Source: Moniliella sp. 'wahieum' (taxonomy: Eukaryota). Taken from it: a DNA stretch of 64,000 nucleotides. The DNA lies in NCBI GenBank assembly GCA_003971905.1, contig RSEE01000004.1:1116001-1180000 (forward strand). The letters run 5' to 3'. The stretch's first letter is position 1, and each line of letters starts with the position of its first letter. A program made the translations under genes and the position numbers. Shown here piece by piece: positions 36,329 to 50,500 of this stretch. The notes beneath the pieces were generated by a model. The model ran no database searches, was not told where the DNA came from, and worked only from the letters and a program-made list of their open reading frames with translations.

Positions 36329-38221
36329 ATGCCGTCCCAGGCCATCTCGTTGTACCCACTCCTGGCCATGACACCGTCCAGTGGACCGGCTGGACCGCGT
36401 TCACCACCCTTCTTGCACCCAGCAGCATCGCCAGCACGTCCAGCTTTGCAGACCCTGCCTCCAATTCCAGGGAAGATCAAGCTTCTCAACACGAGATGCA
36501 AAACTTCCGCCAATCAAGATGCACATCCCGACGAGGAGAATGAGCACGCCTTGGACACGTCAGTCCCTCGCCCCTTGGGTCCCCGACGGCGGACGGTGCC
36601 CTCAGTTGCCTACCCTGAGCGTCTTCGTCCCTTGGGCCGCCTTGAACGTGCCCCGCAAACCTCGCCTTCAAACTCCCAACTTGCTCATGAATCCAACCGT
36701 TGGCGTCGCAGCAGTGCCAGTGCTACACCCTCCGACAACGAGGTGGTGCAAAGCCCCGAACACGAGCCTCCTATTGAGGATCCGTTGCCCGATCAAGTAT
36801 CTGACCCATCACTCCCTCGACCGGTGTGCTCGATTTGTGGGGATGCCCGCGGGCATATGGTCTACTGAAGAACTGCGATCATCCATTCTGTGCATCCTGC
36901 CTTCGCCAATGGCGGCAGCAAGGCACCACTTCGGATCAAGACGAGCTCACGAGCAACTTTAAGTGTTGCCCACTTTGTCGCACCCAGTCCCTGATCTCTG
37001 TTCGCTCCCCTGACTTTTTGGTTGGACAAGCCAAGATGGATCGGATCGATGCGCGATGACACCCAAGAAAGGAATTCCGTGTCGATACTTTACCAAGTCA
37101 CTTCGCTCGTCCCAAGGGCCCTTTTGCCCCTTGGGCGATGATGCTTCTACCTGCACAAAATTGGGCCAGGCCACTTCCGATTCGGTCTGAGTGTTGACGA
37201 AATGCAAGCCAAATCACGGGCACGACAAAGAGTGGCGGCCAACCGTTCCGATCCTCCATCGGAGGATGAGGCGTCGGACACAGAATCCATCTCTTCCATA
37301 CATCCTCAGTTGCCGGACAGGCACGACCTACCACTCTGCATCGATTTGGTTCTGTTGGCCGTGCTCGGACCCGGTTCGGTGGGTCTGGGTTGGGGTTGAC
37401 TCCCATGGAGCAGTCGCCTTCCATTTCCCCAGCACCCAGTGTGGCTTCCCCACGCGCCTCTCCTGGTCCCGGCGACGGACCAGGCCGACGGTTGTCTTTT
37501 GGGACTTCGGTCTTGGCCTCATCCGGTTCACTTTCCCCCGTTTTGCATACTGGATCCGGCCCGATGGAGCGGCGGGGCTCCATTGCTGCTGCTGCTGCTG
37601 CCGCTCGGCGCCAACGGGAAAGCCGACAAGGCTCGCTGCCGGCCGTGTCCCCCCGCCTCACCCGGGCCGGGTGATGCACTGAGCCGGAGATCATCCTTTG
37701 GCGCTTCGGCATATGCGTCCCGTTCTCGGGCCACCTCACCGGTGCCCTCTGCCCCTCATTTGGTGGGGTCCGGATCCAAGGAACGGCGAGGTTCGATCGC
37801 GGCAGCTGCAGCAGCTGCGCGGCGCCAACGGGAAGCGCGGTCGTCCATGTCGTCAGGGAAAAGTGGGGCCTTGGGGGTTATCGGTGGACTGGCGCCGCTC
37901 TCCGAAGCCCAGCTTCCTTCTTCCCTCGCTTCGAGCAATGGGCTGACCAGTCGACGCGCCTCGCTCGCGGCAGCTGCGATTGCGGCGGGGACGAATCCCG
38001 GGTCGAAAGATCCGAGAGCGTTGGTGCGCAGTCTTCACACCACCCTGCGCCTCCGTCGACGATACCTTCCACATCTGCTATTGATTCGGCCTCGTCAGGC
38101 TCCTCACGCACGCCCTCACCTGCATCCCAACACAGCTACTAGTAGACTGGTCTGGATGCGACGTTTGGTTGAGCATTCATACCCACCAGGTGTACCCGCT
38201 AATTCCTTCTCTCCATCATGA
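36329..38221 (+). CDS. Makorin-like RING (C3HC4) plus CCCH zinc-finger protein with a long Ser/Ala-rich tail
   Basis: CSIC...YGLLKNCDHPFCASCLRQWR...KCCPLCR followed by IPCRYF...PFCPLGDDCFYLH (across frameshifts). Confidence 0.8.
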
Positions 38222-39532
38222 GAATCATATGGTTATTCACATAAAATACGATGCATGATGCATCGGTTGGATGTGCTTCTTCTGGGTCAAGTGCTGGTAG
38301 CAACGTGAAAACATGTACAGAAGATGTGTGTTGATGTTGTTAAAACGATAGCATCAGGGGTGCAGGCGTTTGTTGGTTCCATTTATGGGCCAAGGTGGGG
38401 TTGGGTGCGCCGTCATTCTTTGATGGGCTCATTAATTGACGAGCTAGCGCAGGAGCCGGGCACGGGTATTGCTACACCTCTCGTCGCAAAGAGGATGTCA
38501 CTGCCGCCAAACATGGTTTGATCAATGCGTGGTGGAGATCACACATGTACAGCGCAGGGGGGTTCGCGCATGCAATCCATAATCCCCAAAACCGACAGAG
38601 AGAAGATGTGGTGTGGCATGCACGAGGCGCAGGAAGGGTCTAAGAGAGGGACGAGATCAGACCGTCGGTAGCCTGCACTCACGGCCAGTCAGTTCTACCT
38701 CTATATCGGGCTGCAGAAGATGACCATCACTGCACGGCGCATGTTGGGCTGCATGGCGGTGTTTCCGCTGTCCGCACAAGGTGGACCAGCCACCTAGTAA
38801 AAGACAATGCAAAAATGCACCCAGGATGCCCGACTGGGAAGCGGAGGCTGGGCACGTCGCCCTGGTCCGGGTGAGTAGAAAGCGAGGGAGGCGAGAGAGG
38901 CGGTAGTAAGAAGGAAAGGCCATGCGAGCGGGCAATAAGGGGGACTGCTGCGTACATGCGCGCGTGGCTTTGCCCGATCCACATCACGTGATGTGACAGT
39001 CGCCGATCCGATCTCAGCGCCTCGGCAGACTCGGCGTGCGGGGACTTTGTTGGGGCGACGTGGAGCGTTTTGAAAAACGGAAACGCGCTGAGGCTGAGGC
39101 TCAGCGCCCAGACTGAGCAGCTGGTAGGTGGCACCCGGTGGCACTTCGTGGCACTTGGGGCATGGTCTTGCCCGCGACGCGCGTTTCACACGCCTAGTGC
39201 GAGTATGCACACTTTGGGGCACAGTGGCTTGGTGCTGGCTGCCCAGATGGCCTTAAACCGGCAAGGGCGCGCGACGGGTGATCCATGGATGATGTGGGCG
39301 GCACCTGAGCTTTGCATGGGGCTCGCATCGGTGATGCTCGATGCATGATGCGCCGCATGCGGGCTCTGGCTCAGTCTTGGGCTCAAGCAGCAAGTGTGGG
39401 CCGCAAGGTTGAACGTTGCAGACGTTGAAGACGTTGAAGCTTCACGCCCTGTCGTCCTGTTCTCCTCGAGCCCCCACCACCACTCCGCTTTGCCCTGTCC
39501 ATCCTTCTCCCGGCCCTCGTGCAGGTGTGATC

Positions 39533-41768
39533 ATGGTCGCCACGATTGACCTCCTTATTCTGGGAGGGCTGGGCCTGCTCACTGTTCTTTTCCTCTTCCG
39601 AGGCGTTATCTTGGCTCCTCCCGACCCTCGGCTGCCGACAAGTTTGCCCAGGCTGACGACACGGAAGCAACCGACTTTGTTACCAGCCTCCAGTCCCAGG
39701 TGCGTTGTCCTGCCTGCCCTCCCTTTTTTTCTCCCTTGTATGCCTCCTTGCCAGCGGCCCCTAACCTCTTGTGGTTCGTGCGCTCAGAACAAGCAAGTTG
39801 CCATCTTTTTTGGTTCCCAAACCGGCACTGCAGAAGAGTATGCGATCAAGTTTGCCAAAGAGCTCAAGGCCGTTCGGTACTTCGCCCTTGGTCCTCGACC
39901 CTGAAGACACTGACTTCACCAAGCTCGACACTCTTCCGGAGAACTGCATGGTCTTCTTTATGGCCACCTATGGCGAGGGTGAGCCAACGGACAATGCAAC
40001 CCAGTTGATGGAACTTTTGGAAGACGATTCGGCGGAATTTAGCCAAGGCTCTTCTCGAGGGCGTCAAGTACGCTATCTTTGGTCTGGGTAACCGCACCTA
40101 CGAACAGTACAACAAGGTGTCACGCACACTTGACGCCCGTCTCGCTCATTTCGCGCGACCAAGGTGGGCGAGCGTGGCGAAGGTGACGACGACAAGAGTT
40201 TGGAAGAGGACTACCTGGCGTGGAAGGATGACGCGCTGGTGGCGATTGGAAAGGCACTCGAATTGCATGAGGGTGGCGGCGGAGACGTGTCGACTTTGTT
40301 GTCACGGAATCTGACATGCCTGTGGACGACTCCAAGGTGTTCAAGGGCGAGTTGTCGTCTCGTGCGTGACCAAACCAAGGCCGTACATGATGCCAAGAAC
40401 CCGTATGCAGCGTCTATTTCGACCACCTACGAAGTGTTCCCCGACTCGCCCGACCGGTCCTGTGTGCACATGGAGTTTGATCTCGAGGGATCGGGTATCA
40501 ACTACCAACATGGCGATCACCTGCTGTCTGGGCTAACAACCCAGACCATGAGGTGGCACGTCTCACGTATATTTTGGGTCTTTCCGGCAAAGAAGATGTG
40601 AAGATTGATGTCAAGTCGCTTGATCCGACGCTGGCGAAGGTGCCGTTCCCCACGCCTACGACCTACGAAGCTGTGCTGAAATACTACCTCGACATTGGTG
40701 CCAAGGCGGGTCGTCAATCGCTTGTCGTCGTCAAGTTTGCGCCGAACGAGAAGGCGGCAGCGGAGCTGAACCGCATTGCCCAGGACAAGGAATACTACAA
40801 TGCAAAGGTGGGCTTTCTCTTACACTCTTGGTCAAGTCTGCAACTGGTTGCTGGTGACTCGCTTGCAAAGGAAGACGTGGCTAAATCCACGCCGTGGGCA
40901 ATTCCATTTGACCGGATCATCTCTTCGGTCCCTCGTCTGGGTCCCCGCTTTTACTCCATCTCCTCGTCTCCCAAGCTCCATCCGAACAAGGTGCACATCA
41001 CTGCTGTTGTGCTCCGGTACACGCCGACGGCGAGCTCGCCCTCGTCAGGCGGTGGCACACCCATCTGTTACGGGTCTGGCGACCGGTTTCATCAGCCAAT
41101 TGCGCATGGTGGCTCTCAGCCAAACCCCTACGGCCCTGAGGACCCCAAGTTTGGTACACGGTCTATTCGTTCTTGGTCCTAGGAACGCTTATGGTCCCGC
41201 CGGGCCCGGAATGAAAGTCCCGTTCACGTGCGTCGTAGCAATTTCCGCCTGCCCACCAGTCCCAAGGTCCCAGTCATCATGATCGGACCCGGTACCGGTG
41301 TGGCCCGTTCCGTGGGTTTGTGCAAGAGCGTGTCGCGACGGCGCGCAAAGCCAAGGCAAAATACGGCAATGGCGACGCTGCCCTGGCGGACTGGGGCGAC
41401 ATGTGGCTGTTCTATGGCTGCCGCAAGGCCGATGAGGACTTTTTGACAAGACGGAGTGGCCCGAGTACAGTGCTGAATTGGCCGGTAAGCTGCACATGGA
41501 AGTTCTCTGTCACGCGAAAAGTTCAAGCCGGACGGGAGCAAGTTGTATGTGCAGGACTTGATCTGGGCGCAGCGCGAAGCGTTGGCCAAGGCCATCCTGG
41601 AGAAGCGGGCATACATTTACATTTGTGGCGAAGCGAAGGGCATGGCACAAGAAGTGGAAAAGGTGCTGCAGCGCATTCTCGCGAAGCCAAGGGCTCCGAG
41701 GCTGCGGGACTCAAGGAGTACAAGCTGCTCAAAGACCGGTCGCGGCTGCTACTCGACGTGTGTCTTAG
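39533..41768 (+). CDS. NCP1: NADPH-cytochrome P450 reductase; intron ~39699-39787
   Basis: [95 protein letters not shown]-terminal LLDV(W)S. Confidence 0.96.
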
Positions 41769-42374
41769 TCCCCGTTCCTGGTCTTTTCTCCGCCATTGGG
41801 TGGTCGGCAGTGGCAGCTGCCCCTCTGTGTGTGGTAGTGGCAAGATTGCCTTGTATGACCATAGCCCATTTGCAACGCCTGTTGATTAACGATGAACAAG
41901 CGCAACATGATGCCGAAAGAGGTCCAGATGGAGAAAACAGGTGTTGGTAGAGGCGGCAACAATGGAAATCAGTATCCCTATAGTCCCGGCCGTGCGCGTT
42001 CTCAGATCTCAGCATCTCAGCACACGCATAACAGAACCAGAAACGCGTCATAGCTCGGTCACTTATTAGCTTCAGTGCCTTCAGCACACCCATCCGCTGA
42101 GAAATGGCGTTGACGTTGATGGTAGCGCGGATGACGTGCTTGGAGCTGGCTATATAAGCTAAGCTAATTATCAGCGCGCGCCGCTGTGAGATCTGAGAAT
42201 GAGATCCCAGGCACTCCAAATCACCGATCGTCACCTGCTTGAACGGATCGGCAAGATATAAGCGCGCATACTCATCGATGATCCCAAAGTATCCGCCCCA
42301 TCGGCTTCTTTTCTAGTGTCTCTTCTCCGTCTTCCCGTTTCTTGTCTCCACCACTCTGCGTCGCACCCATCACC

Positions 42375-43855
42375 ATGGTTGCCTCTCTCGGTATTGCTCG
42401 CAACGCTGCCCGTCTGCGCTCATCCGGCCGCCCGGCCGGGAGTGCCTGCTGCCCAGCGGACTCTCGCTGCACTCGTCACTGCCCCTCGGCTCTTGCCTAC
42501 GCCGCCGCGTCGAGCGCCGGGGTCTGGCCACCAGCTCTGAAGCAATTGCTGCAGCTAACTGTGACGCCACTGGATCCAAGAAGGCTACAAAGTCGTCGTG
42601 GTTGGCGGTGTACCGCCGGGCAAGATGTAGCCCACATCCGTCCCGGACCCAGACTTTGCTGACTCACCGCTTCGATTCTGGTGATTGATCCGGCCGAGTT
42701 TCACGATTAGCATGGCTGACCTTGGTTGGAGGTGGCGTCCGTACGGCACAACAGGGCCGGCCGGCGTAACACCAAGGACTTGGCTCAGGGAAAGGGATGA
42801 TTGAGTTCCTGTCCGATGCCGTCACCACCTTTCAGCCCGAGGGAACACAGTTCAAACCAAAAGCGGCCTGACGATCGAATATGACCAGCTGGTTGTTGCG
42901 CCTGGGATCAAGACAAACTGGGAGGGCATCGAGGGGTTGCCGGAGGCATTGGCCTCCCCCGAATCTGGGGTGGTCAGTATCTACGGCTATGAAACGACCC
43001 AAAAGGTGTTCCCGGCTATCCAGGCTTTGACCAAGGGCCATGCTATCTTTACTCAGCCTGCGGGTGTAATCAAGTGCGCAGGTGCGCCGCAAAAGATTAT
43101 GTGGATGGCGTACCATGAGTGGAAGAAGCTGGGCCGTCTATCCCAAGACGATCCTAGCAAAGGTGTGCAGGTGAGCTTCTTGACTGGCATGCCCACCATG
43201 TTTTCAGTGCCCGAATACAGCGCAACGCTGGACCAACTCCGTCAGCAGCGCCACGTCGAAGGTCTGTTCAAGACCAACTTGATCAAGATTGACCCCAAGA
43301 CCAAGGTGGCGACCTTTGCTCAGGAAGGCAAGCCCGACCTAGAGCGCGAGTATGACCTGCTCCACGTCTCACCCCCTATGGGACCGCTTGACTTCATCAA
43401 AAACTCGCCTCTGGCCGCTGAACAGGGGATGATTTGTTGACGTGGACCAGGCTACGACCCAGCACAAAAAATACAAGAACGTCTGGTCTCTTGGCGACTC
43501 CTCTTCTTTGCCCACCTCCAAGACGACGGCTGCCATTACAGCTCAGGCGCCTGTGACAGTAGCCAACTTACTCTACAGTGTGTCCAACCCAGGCGCGACG
43601 GAGCTGCCCGCAGCATACGACGGCTACACTTCTTGCCCGCTCATCACGCAGTACGGCAAGGTTCTTTTGGCCGAGTTTAAGTATGGTGGGAAGCCCAAGG
43701 AGACCTTTGGTCGGTTTGTGGACCAAAAGCAGCCTCACTGGCTCTTCTGGTTGCTCAAGCGGGACTTTTTCCCGCGGGTTTACTATTCCTCCATGGTCAA
43801 GGGCACCTGGGCTGGTTCGAAAGGCTGGCTGAACCCTAAGTCGTTGCTGCCCTAG
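42375..43855 (+). CDS. Mitochondrial sulfide:quinone oxidoreductase (Hmt2/SQOR-like)
   Basis: YKVVVVGGG, YDQLVVAPG, IKCAGAPQKIMW, YDLLHVSPPMGP, WSLGDSSSLPTSKT, YDGYTSCPLIT, LAEFKYGG. Confidence 0.93.
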
Positions 43856-44084
43856 AAAAAGAGGTAGAACAGGAACAGAAGCTCTAGTGTTTCGCCTCAG
43901 CCTGGATCTTTGTTTGTTCGTAACGATGATACGCAATTGATTTTCTCTCGTTGCTACCTTGCGCCTAATAGATTTTGTGTGCTTCCAGACACGTAGCCTT
44001 TTGTTGGTCAGGCTGCCGTCGGGGTTTCTTCTCCAATGACCTGGAGGGCGGCACGATGAGTTATTGGTGGGTGGAGCCGCGCCT

Positions 44085-44210
44085 TGAACGTGAGTTCATC
44101 GTTCAACGTTCAACTCTGTTTAACCTGACAATGCCCAAACGAATCTCCGTTAAGGGCTGAGCCTCAGCGCCCTCAGTGCCTCAGCAGGCCTCAGCCTCAG
44201 GCCGGTCTCA
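44085..44210. repeat. AACGTT and AGGCCT/AGCGCT-type TCA-phased array
   Basis: cgttcaacgttcaac; gctgagcctcagcgccctcagtgcctcagcaggcctcagcctcagg. Confidence 0.7.
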
Positions 44211-44401
44211 CGGGTAGTTGCTTCGCTTGCGAGTCCGAGTAAGCGGTAATGATGGCGCGAGCGACACGCGCCCAAACGCGACCCGTTATGATACCGCGTC
44301 AAATTCCAATCCCATTTAAAACGTTTCATTCTCTCCCGGCGCGGTCAGCGCCGACATGGATTCTCATCTCATTTTAACCATCCTCATCACCAGCAACTAC
44401 G

Positions 44402-45356
44402 ATGGCCGACGAAGTGAGGGATGCGTTTGTGTCCTACATCCCTCCGGAGGATTTGGATAAGAGAGGGGAGGAAAATGCACTGCTCCCACTTGATGTGGTT
44501 CCTGAAGCGCTGGAACGCCTTGGCCTCGACGGGGACGACGATCTGGCGCTCTCTATCCTACGGGAAGCGGCCGAGCCATTGGGGAGGGGATTGGGAATGG
44601 GCGTTCCTTATCCCCAGTGGAAGGAGGTGGTGGAGGTGCTGTTATCCCAGCAGCGGGACGAGGACCAAAATGCTCAAGGAGCATCGGACCAACAAGAGGA
44701 GCCCTCACGGCGGCGGCGGCAGCCTCCTCGAGCCGCTCGAGCTGCAGCTCAACCCCATTGGATGGACGACAACAGCGAGGAAGAGGAGCCCGAATCGGAC
44801 AACTCCGAGATGATGCCTATGAGGAAGGGGACGTTCCTAATAGGAAAAGAACCCGCGCTGGAGTAGGGAAAGGTGATGAAGATGAGGAGCCAGACGATGA
44901 CGACGACGACGATGAAGACGATGATAAGGGGGTTTCCTGCCTCCGCGGAAACGACGTACTCCCGCCCGTGCGCAGCAAGGAAAGGTGACGGAAGTACACC
45001 GCCAAAGGGCAGAACGTGTTTTTGGTCTGTTTCTTGACCAGCTTCCGGAGAAGCCAGAACGGCTGACTGCCCAAGACTTGATTGCGGTGGCCAAAAGCAT
45101 GGGGGATACTCTCTCCTTAAACGAGGTTCGTCTGGTTCAAGATTGCTGGGAGCTTCCGTGTTGACTTTGTGTTGTAGGCACAGGATATGGTCGAACAGGC
45201 GGTCCGGCTGGGCAACGAGCAATCATCCCAACCTACAACAACTTCCAGCGTAAGCCCTTTTGAGTACGTCCCCTCTCGCTATGGTCACAAGCGAAGATGT
45301 TGATCCTGATTCATTCCCTGCTAGGCTGGCAGCTGTCATTCGGAAGCTGGGTATGA
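44402..45356 (+). CDS. Hypothetical protein: two small helical (EF-hand-like) lobes joined by an acidic linker; possibly Rad33-like
   Basis: VPEALERLGL...WKEVVEVLL, D/E-rich linker, then FGLF...LIAVAKSMGDTLSLNE|AQDMV across an intron; family assignment is by eye. Confidence 0.5.
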
Positions 45357-46073
45357 GGAGATCTTAGGGTCCCAGCACTCGAGTTGACTGATCTCACTCG
45401 GGTTGACTGATGTTAGCGACTACGAGACTGTATCCGATCTTATTGGGATGCATGACCTACTTTCGCTTCAAGCATAGCTCCTGCTGCATCAGGCGTCGTT
45501 GCACCATCGCGTCTTGCCCACAGATCCCCTGGGCACATATACAACTTCAGACAAGGCGTGAAGGAAAAGTGTTGAGCCACAAGTCTTCAAGCATCGTCGA
45601 AGGGAAGGAACAGGAAGAGAGAAGGGAGATGGAGCGAGCAGGGGGCGCCCTGCGAGCGGAACTCTTTCGACCGGCTAAGCGAGAGCGTCACCGATCCACT
45701 GAGGGCCGAGCAGGGGAAGCCTAGCACTACCCCCCAACAGAGGCAAGTGGAGGCTGCGAAGGAAGTAAGAATATCATCCGATAGCACTTCCTCGTATACA
45801 ATGGGAGAAGGTTTGGATATGGATAATGATACGAGAGACTACCGATTATGGATATCGTTGTTCTAAAATGCAACACGTAGCTGAAGAAGCCACAGGAGAA
45901 CGAAAAATGGTTTACACTTAACGTGCTAGTGCTCTCCTGACAAAAATTCGCTTCGGGAAAGTATGGACAGGGATTGCTACAAGCTTGACTGTCGATGGGT
46001 CTGATCAGATCCATGACCGAAAGTAGCAAGCGAATCGTAATAGACAAAAGAGAGAGCGGGAGCTAAGGGCGAT

Positions 46074-47191
46074 CTAGCGGGGGGGAAGTGGTGCTGCCAA
46101 GCGGAGCCGAGGTCCGCGGAGGTAGGCCAAAGGAAGGAAAGATCTGCCCATGCGAATGGGTCGATGGGCCTGGTTGGGCCATGGGCAACCCGAGCCTGGC
46201 ATTGGAGCCATCGGTTGGGCAGGGGACGGGGCCGGGTGCGGAGGAAACGGATTAGCAGTGGCAGGGGTAGAATAAGCTGACGGAACCGGGGGAGGCACCC
46301 AAGATTCTTCCGCCTCAAACGGATCCTCTTCTTCGGCAGCTGGCGTGCGGGTCGAGCGGGACGCCTTCTCCTTCGGTGCATCGACCAAGGCAGTAGTAAC
46401 ATGAGGTCGGGAACCGTTTCGACGTATGAATGGAGGCCATTCGCGACGCGAAGTTCGTTCAGTTGTTCAGTAAGAACGCGCGTGCGGGTGTGGAGGTCGT
46501 TGAGGAGGCTGCGGTACATCCTCTCAGGGCCAGCGAGTCGTCGACAAACTGGAGGGAACGGTTGACAATCAGCGCCTTCGAAGGACGACGCACCTCGGAT
46601 ATGGAGGGAATACGGGAGGCCACACATCAAAGCGAGCATTGAGGCTGTCGCGGGGCGCGTTCCGTCGCGTTGTGAGAAGCACGCTTGTCAGGCGTGGAGA
46701 TGGAAGAAGTGCGAGTACCAGCAGACTGGGGCTGGACGGAGGCTGGGATTGGGGTTGGGGTGCGGGTTGGAGCTGGGAGTGTGCAGGAGGCAGGGGCTGG
46801 AGCGCAGACGCGTGGAGTGCGGCTGAAGGGGAGGGGCCAAGATTGGGCGGTTGGGCACGCATGGCAAAGTGGGGTCGGGGAAGGGGGGAGGGGAGGAGAA
46901 GGGCAAGGGGAAGGAGCAGGAGCAGGAGCAGGCGCGAAGGAGATGCCGAGCCAACCAGAGATCGTCACACCGGTGGGGGAGATCGATCTGGCTGTCTTCC
47001 AAGCAGAGGAAAGAGGGGGGAGGAGGGGGGGTGGGTGCCGCGCCCGGGAGGCCGAGATGGATTTGAGGGATGGCTGTAATCTGAACCAGCGGAGGGCGAA
47101 CGCATGGTGCACACGCAAACCCTAGCGCATGTTTACCCCACACTGGTGTGCTGCGGGGGAGCGCACTCTGTGTGCCGGGCGTCCTGCTCAC
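46074..47191 (-). CDS. Hypothetical proline-rich protein
   Basis: Overlapping minus-strand ORFs with a coiled segment (YRSLLNDLHTRTRVLTEQLNELR); no family recognised. Confidence 0.3.
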
Positions 47192-47473
47192 TGCCCTGGT
47201 GCCTGGCTGGGATGTTCGGTGTCACGCGTGTCACAGGCTGCTGATGGCGCTGATGGTGCATGATGGTGCTCGCTCACCGCAAGGCTGAGCCTGAGCCACA
47301 GGGATGATTCATCCGTGGCGTGAGGCGCTGAGGCCCAGCGCTCAGCCTGAGCGTCATCGCGCTCTCGATTCCATCGCGCCCCGCACCCGATGATGCGGGC
47401 GGCATTGTTCCAATGTTCAATTCGATTCGCGTTGCGCATTGGGACAGCGCACCCGGAGAGGTCCTCGTGGCCA

Positions 47474-47580
47474 TCATGCATCATGCATCATGCACGAGAA
47501 GTGCTGTGACATGTGACATGTGAGAGAATCACTGCTATCCACTCGCACTTGATGGGTCACCGGTCAGCCTGACCGGTCAG
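47474..47580. repeat. Compound heptamer palindrome array
   Basis: TCA TGCA TCA TGCA TCA TGCA; TGA CATG TGA CATG TGA; TCA CCGG TCA GCC TGA CCGG TCA. Confidence 0.85.
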
Positions 47581-50500
47581 CAAGAGGCTGTTACACGTTA
47601 TGTTACGCGTCTCTGTCAATGCGATCTATATCTTTGACGAGGACATTCGCCCCTTAGTTGCCTATTCATATTTTCTGTTCTTGCCCACGTATCGTCTCCT
47701 TTGGGGACGGAACGCTGCGAGCCCACACTTGTTTCCTGGTTCCCCGCCTGTGGGAATGGGGGTCTCCCCTTGTGTGGCGACTGTGCTCCCCACAGCTCCT
47801 TTATATCTCCCTATTCTCTCTCTCTCTATGACGTTAAGGTTTTCCCCCACGGTCCATCGGCGTCTTTACCTTCTTCGATTGACGATCCATTAGTGTCTCC
47901 ATCTTCGTCCATCCGCACAGTAGTGAGGCAATACTACTTTTCCTCTCTCCTCCTATAATAGTTCTCTGTCTCCGCCTTTCTTGCCACCTCTTCAGTCCCA
48001 TCTCTCTCAGCTCCAGCTCTTCGACCGCTCAACAGTGCTCGGCCTTTCGTATCCATAGTCACTGGAGCTTCCGGTCACGATTTCAGCACCACAACTCCAA
48101 AAATCTAAAGGTTTCTATTCTAAGTCCAGTCAGGGTAGCGTTGCCTCCCGCTACTCTGTCTCCCTGTCCCCAATAAGTCTGGGAAAGCATTCTGACACGT
48201 CATTACTGACCTACGCAGCTTTTTTTGCTTCAAAATTGGGCGTCTCTAGTATACTATATAGCGGAAGGATCCTCTCAATATCGGTTATCCCTAGATGCAC
48301 ACCACAATGCATAACAAATGTGGCCAAAATACGAATAGACCCGCGAGTCGGCACTTTTTCCGACTTGCAAGGAATTGTATCACTATACGATATCCGGTAG
48401 GCGTGGGCCCACGCTATGTTGGGATCCGCTCGTGACAAGGCCCTCCACATTGTCGATCCACACTAAGGGTGGCTCTCGCGCTTTCAGCAACAGCATCCCT
48501 TCGGTTTCCGTTCAGACTGTATCTCTCCACGCCAATGCTCCGATGTATTCTAGTTTCTGCGTATAGAGCGCGTGCACAGCTGTTGAAAGTGATTCTCTTA
48601 TGCACAGAACCAGGAATGATAGTAACTATGACTGGCAGATTGATTTCCCTGTAAAGTTGCTGTATAGCGCGTTTGTTGTCGCCTTCCCGACTATATACTA
48701 TTGCATCACTCTATAGGGGTGCATATATGGGACTCCATGTCTTCATCAGGTGTTTTGTCAAGAATGGAACACACACGGAGACGAATGAATGCTTCGCCCC
48801 ATTCCAACCTACCGCCAGATGGGAGAAGTGACCCAACGAGAAACGAGCTCTCCTGGTGGAAGGACAGGATATGTGACGACGGAGGTTGCTGGATTCTGAT
48901 CCCAAGTGGAATCCTTTTCTGCCCACCGGATACCAGCCTCACGGAGGACTTAACACGTTTCAGATACACAATCCAAGGGACACTGGTGTGGGCGTAGGAG
49001 GGTCGCGAGTAGTGTGCTTTGCTACTTTCGTGGGGCAGAGCCAGGCAGCGTCCGAAAAGGAGGTTGTTTGCACGTTAAGGGGGCGCTGCGACGTGAAAGC
49101 GGGGACCGCTGATGGGCGAGGGAGGGCGAGGAAGCTAATGAAAAAGGCGGTTCGTCTAGAGTGGAGTGCTTAGAAGAAAGGGAGAGTACGGGGGAAAATG
49201 CTGGGCGGATTGGTCCACTGATCACAATTGTGATCGAACTAAGCACAGACACAGGCTTTATATAAGAGGGGAGAAGGGGAAGAGGACCAATAGGGTTACA
49301 GAGTAAACTGGAAACGAGTCAAGGGGACAAAGCGAGGGGCCAAGGACAAAATGCGCGAGGCGAGAGACGAGGTGAGGGCCAAGTGCAAACCGACCCGAGA
49401 CCAGAAACTGAATCGAAAACATGTCTGTGTAGTTCGGAGAGTTTCAGATGAGAGATGATTGATGAGTGGGTTTTATAGATACTAAGGACGAGAAGTCGAG
49501 TCGAGACAGTGAGTGATATAGGGAAGATAGTGAATGATAGAGAACTTGAAAAGGTGGTGATGTATTAATAGGAAGGGAAGCGGAGAAGTGGATGCAACGA
49601 TAAAGGAGTATAGAGGTGGCCGCGCGAGGCATCTTAGTTCCCTGACCTGATGTGAGACAGGATACACTCTCAGAAGCATATGGCCTCTCGGTTTCAAACA
49701 TCCCGCGGATTATTATGATAGACATGTCTCCTCGGTCTCCCTCTAGTACTGCAACTGAAGGGGATGATGACAGGGCCGTTATTCACAACTATATCAGACG
49801 AGAGAAAAACGCACAAATAAAAGTTATATGTTCACAACTTCTTCTCTGGCCGTTTCCCTCGATTCGCTTTCTACACCTCTGTGCTCGACAAGGCGTTGAC
49901 GATGAATGAATATATAGTACTCAAGGGTTACGCCAACAAGCACGGTACATGCCGGATGTGCAACAGGTCGGTTTAGGCAAAGCATTTCTTTGTCCCCGCC
50001 TTAAGCGTTGTAAATGATATAACTGTGCGCAGTAGATAAAAGGCGTGACCCAAAAGCAGCAGAGATGACCCCGAAGAGGAAATCGCGTCCCAAAAATAGG
50101 ACAATGAAGGAAGATACCGCAACGTGGCAATCTGGGTTTGGGCGTAAAAAGAAGACATGTGGTGGCCCGCGTTACATCGTTCTCTGGTGCACTGAATGCC
50201 TGTGGAAATATAATCTGTGGACCTTTGGGCCTTGTCGACGTTGAAGAAGGATTGAGCGGAGACGGGATACTCTGCCTTATCCGTCTTCGGTCCGGGGGGT
50301 CGGTGTCACCCTCTCCTCCTGCCAGGAAACGTGGGATAGAGAAAAAGGAAGTAAAATGATTGAATACATATCTATGGACGGACTGGAGGTATATATTTCT
50401 TAAAAGAAAGAGGGGAGCATAGTCGAGAGGTGGACACATGATCTCCCAACTGATAGGAACCACAGCATAGTGCCCATACGGGCCTAGTGGGCCAATGGTC

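Noticed and set aside
24453..43855. Redox or secondary-metabolite gene cluster (P450, ADH, CPR, SQR)
   Set aside because: No backbone synthase, and the genes are interspersed with ribosomal protein, ORM1 and tRNA housekeeping genes.
45376..45981. 19-bp tandem duplication followed by a possible solo LTR (TGTTAGC...GCTACA)
   Set aside because: Termini are imperfect, with no target-site duplication and no second copy in the window.
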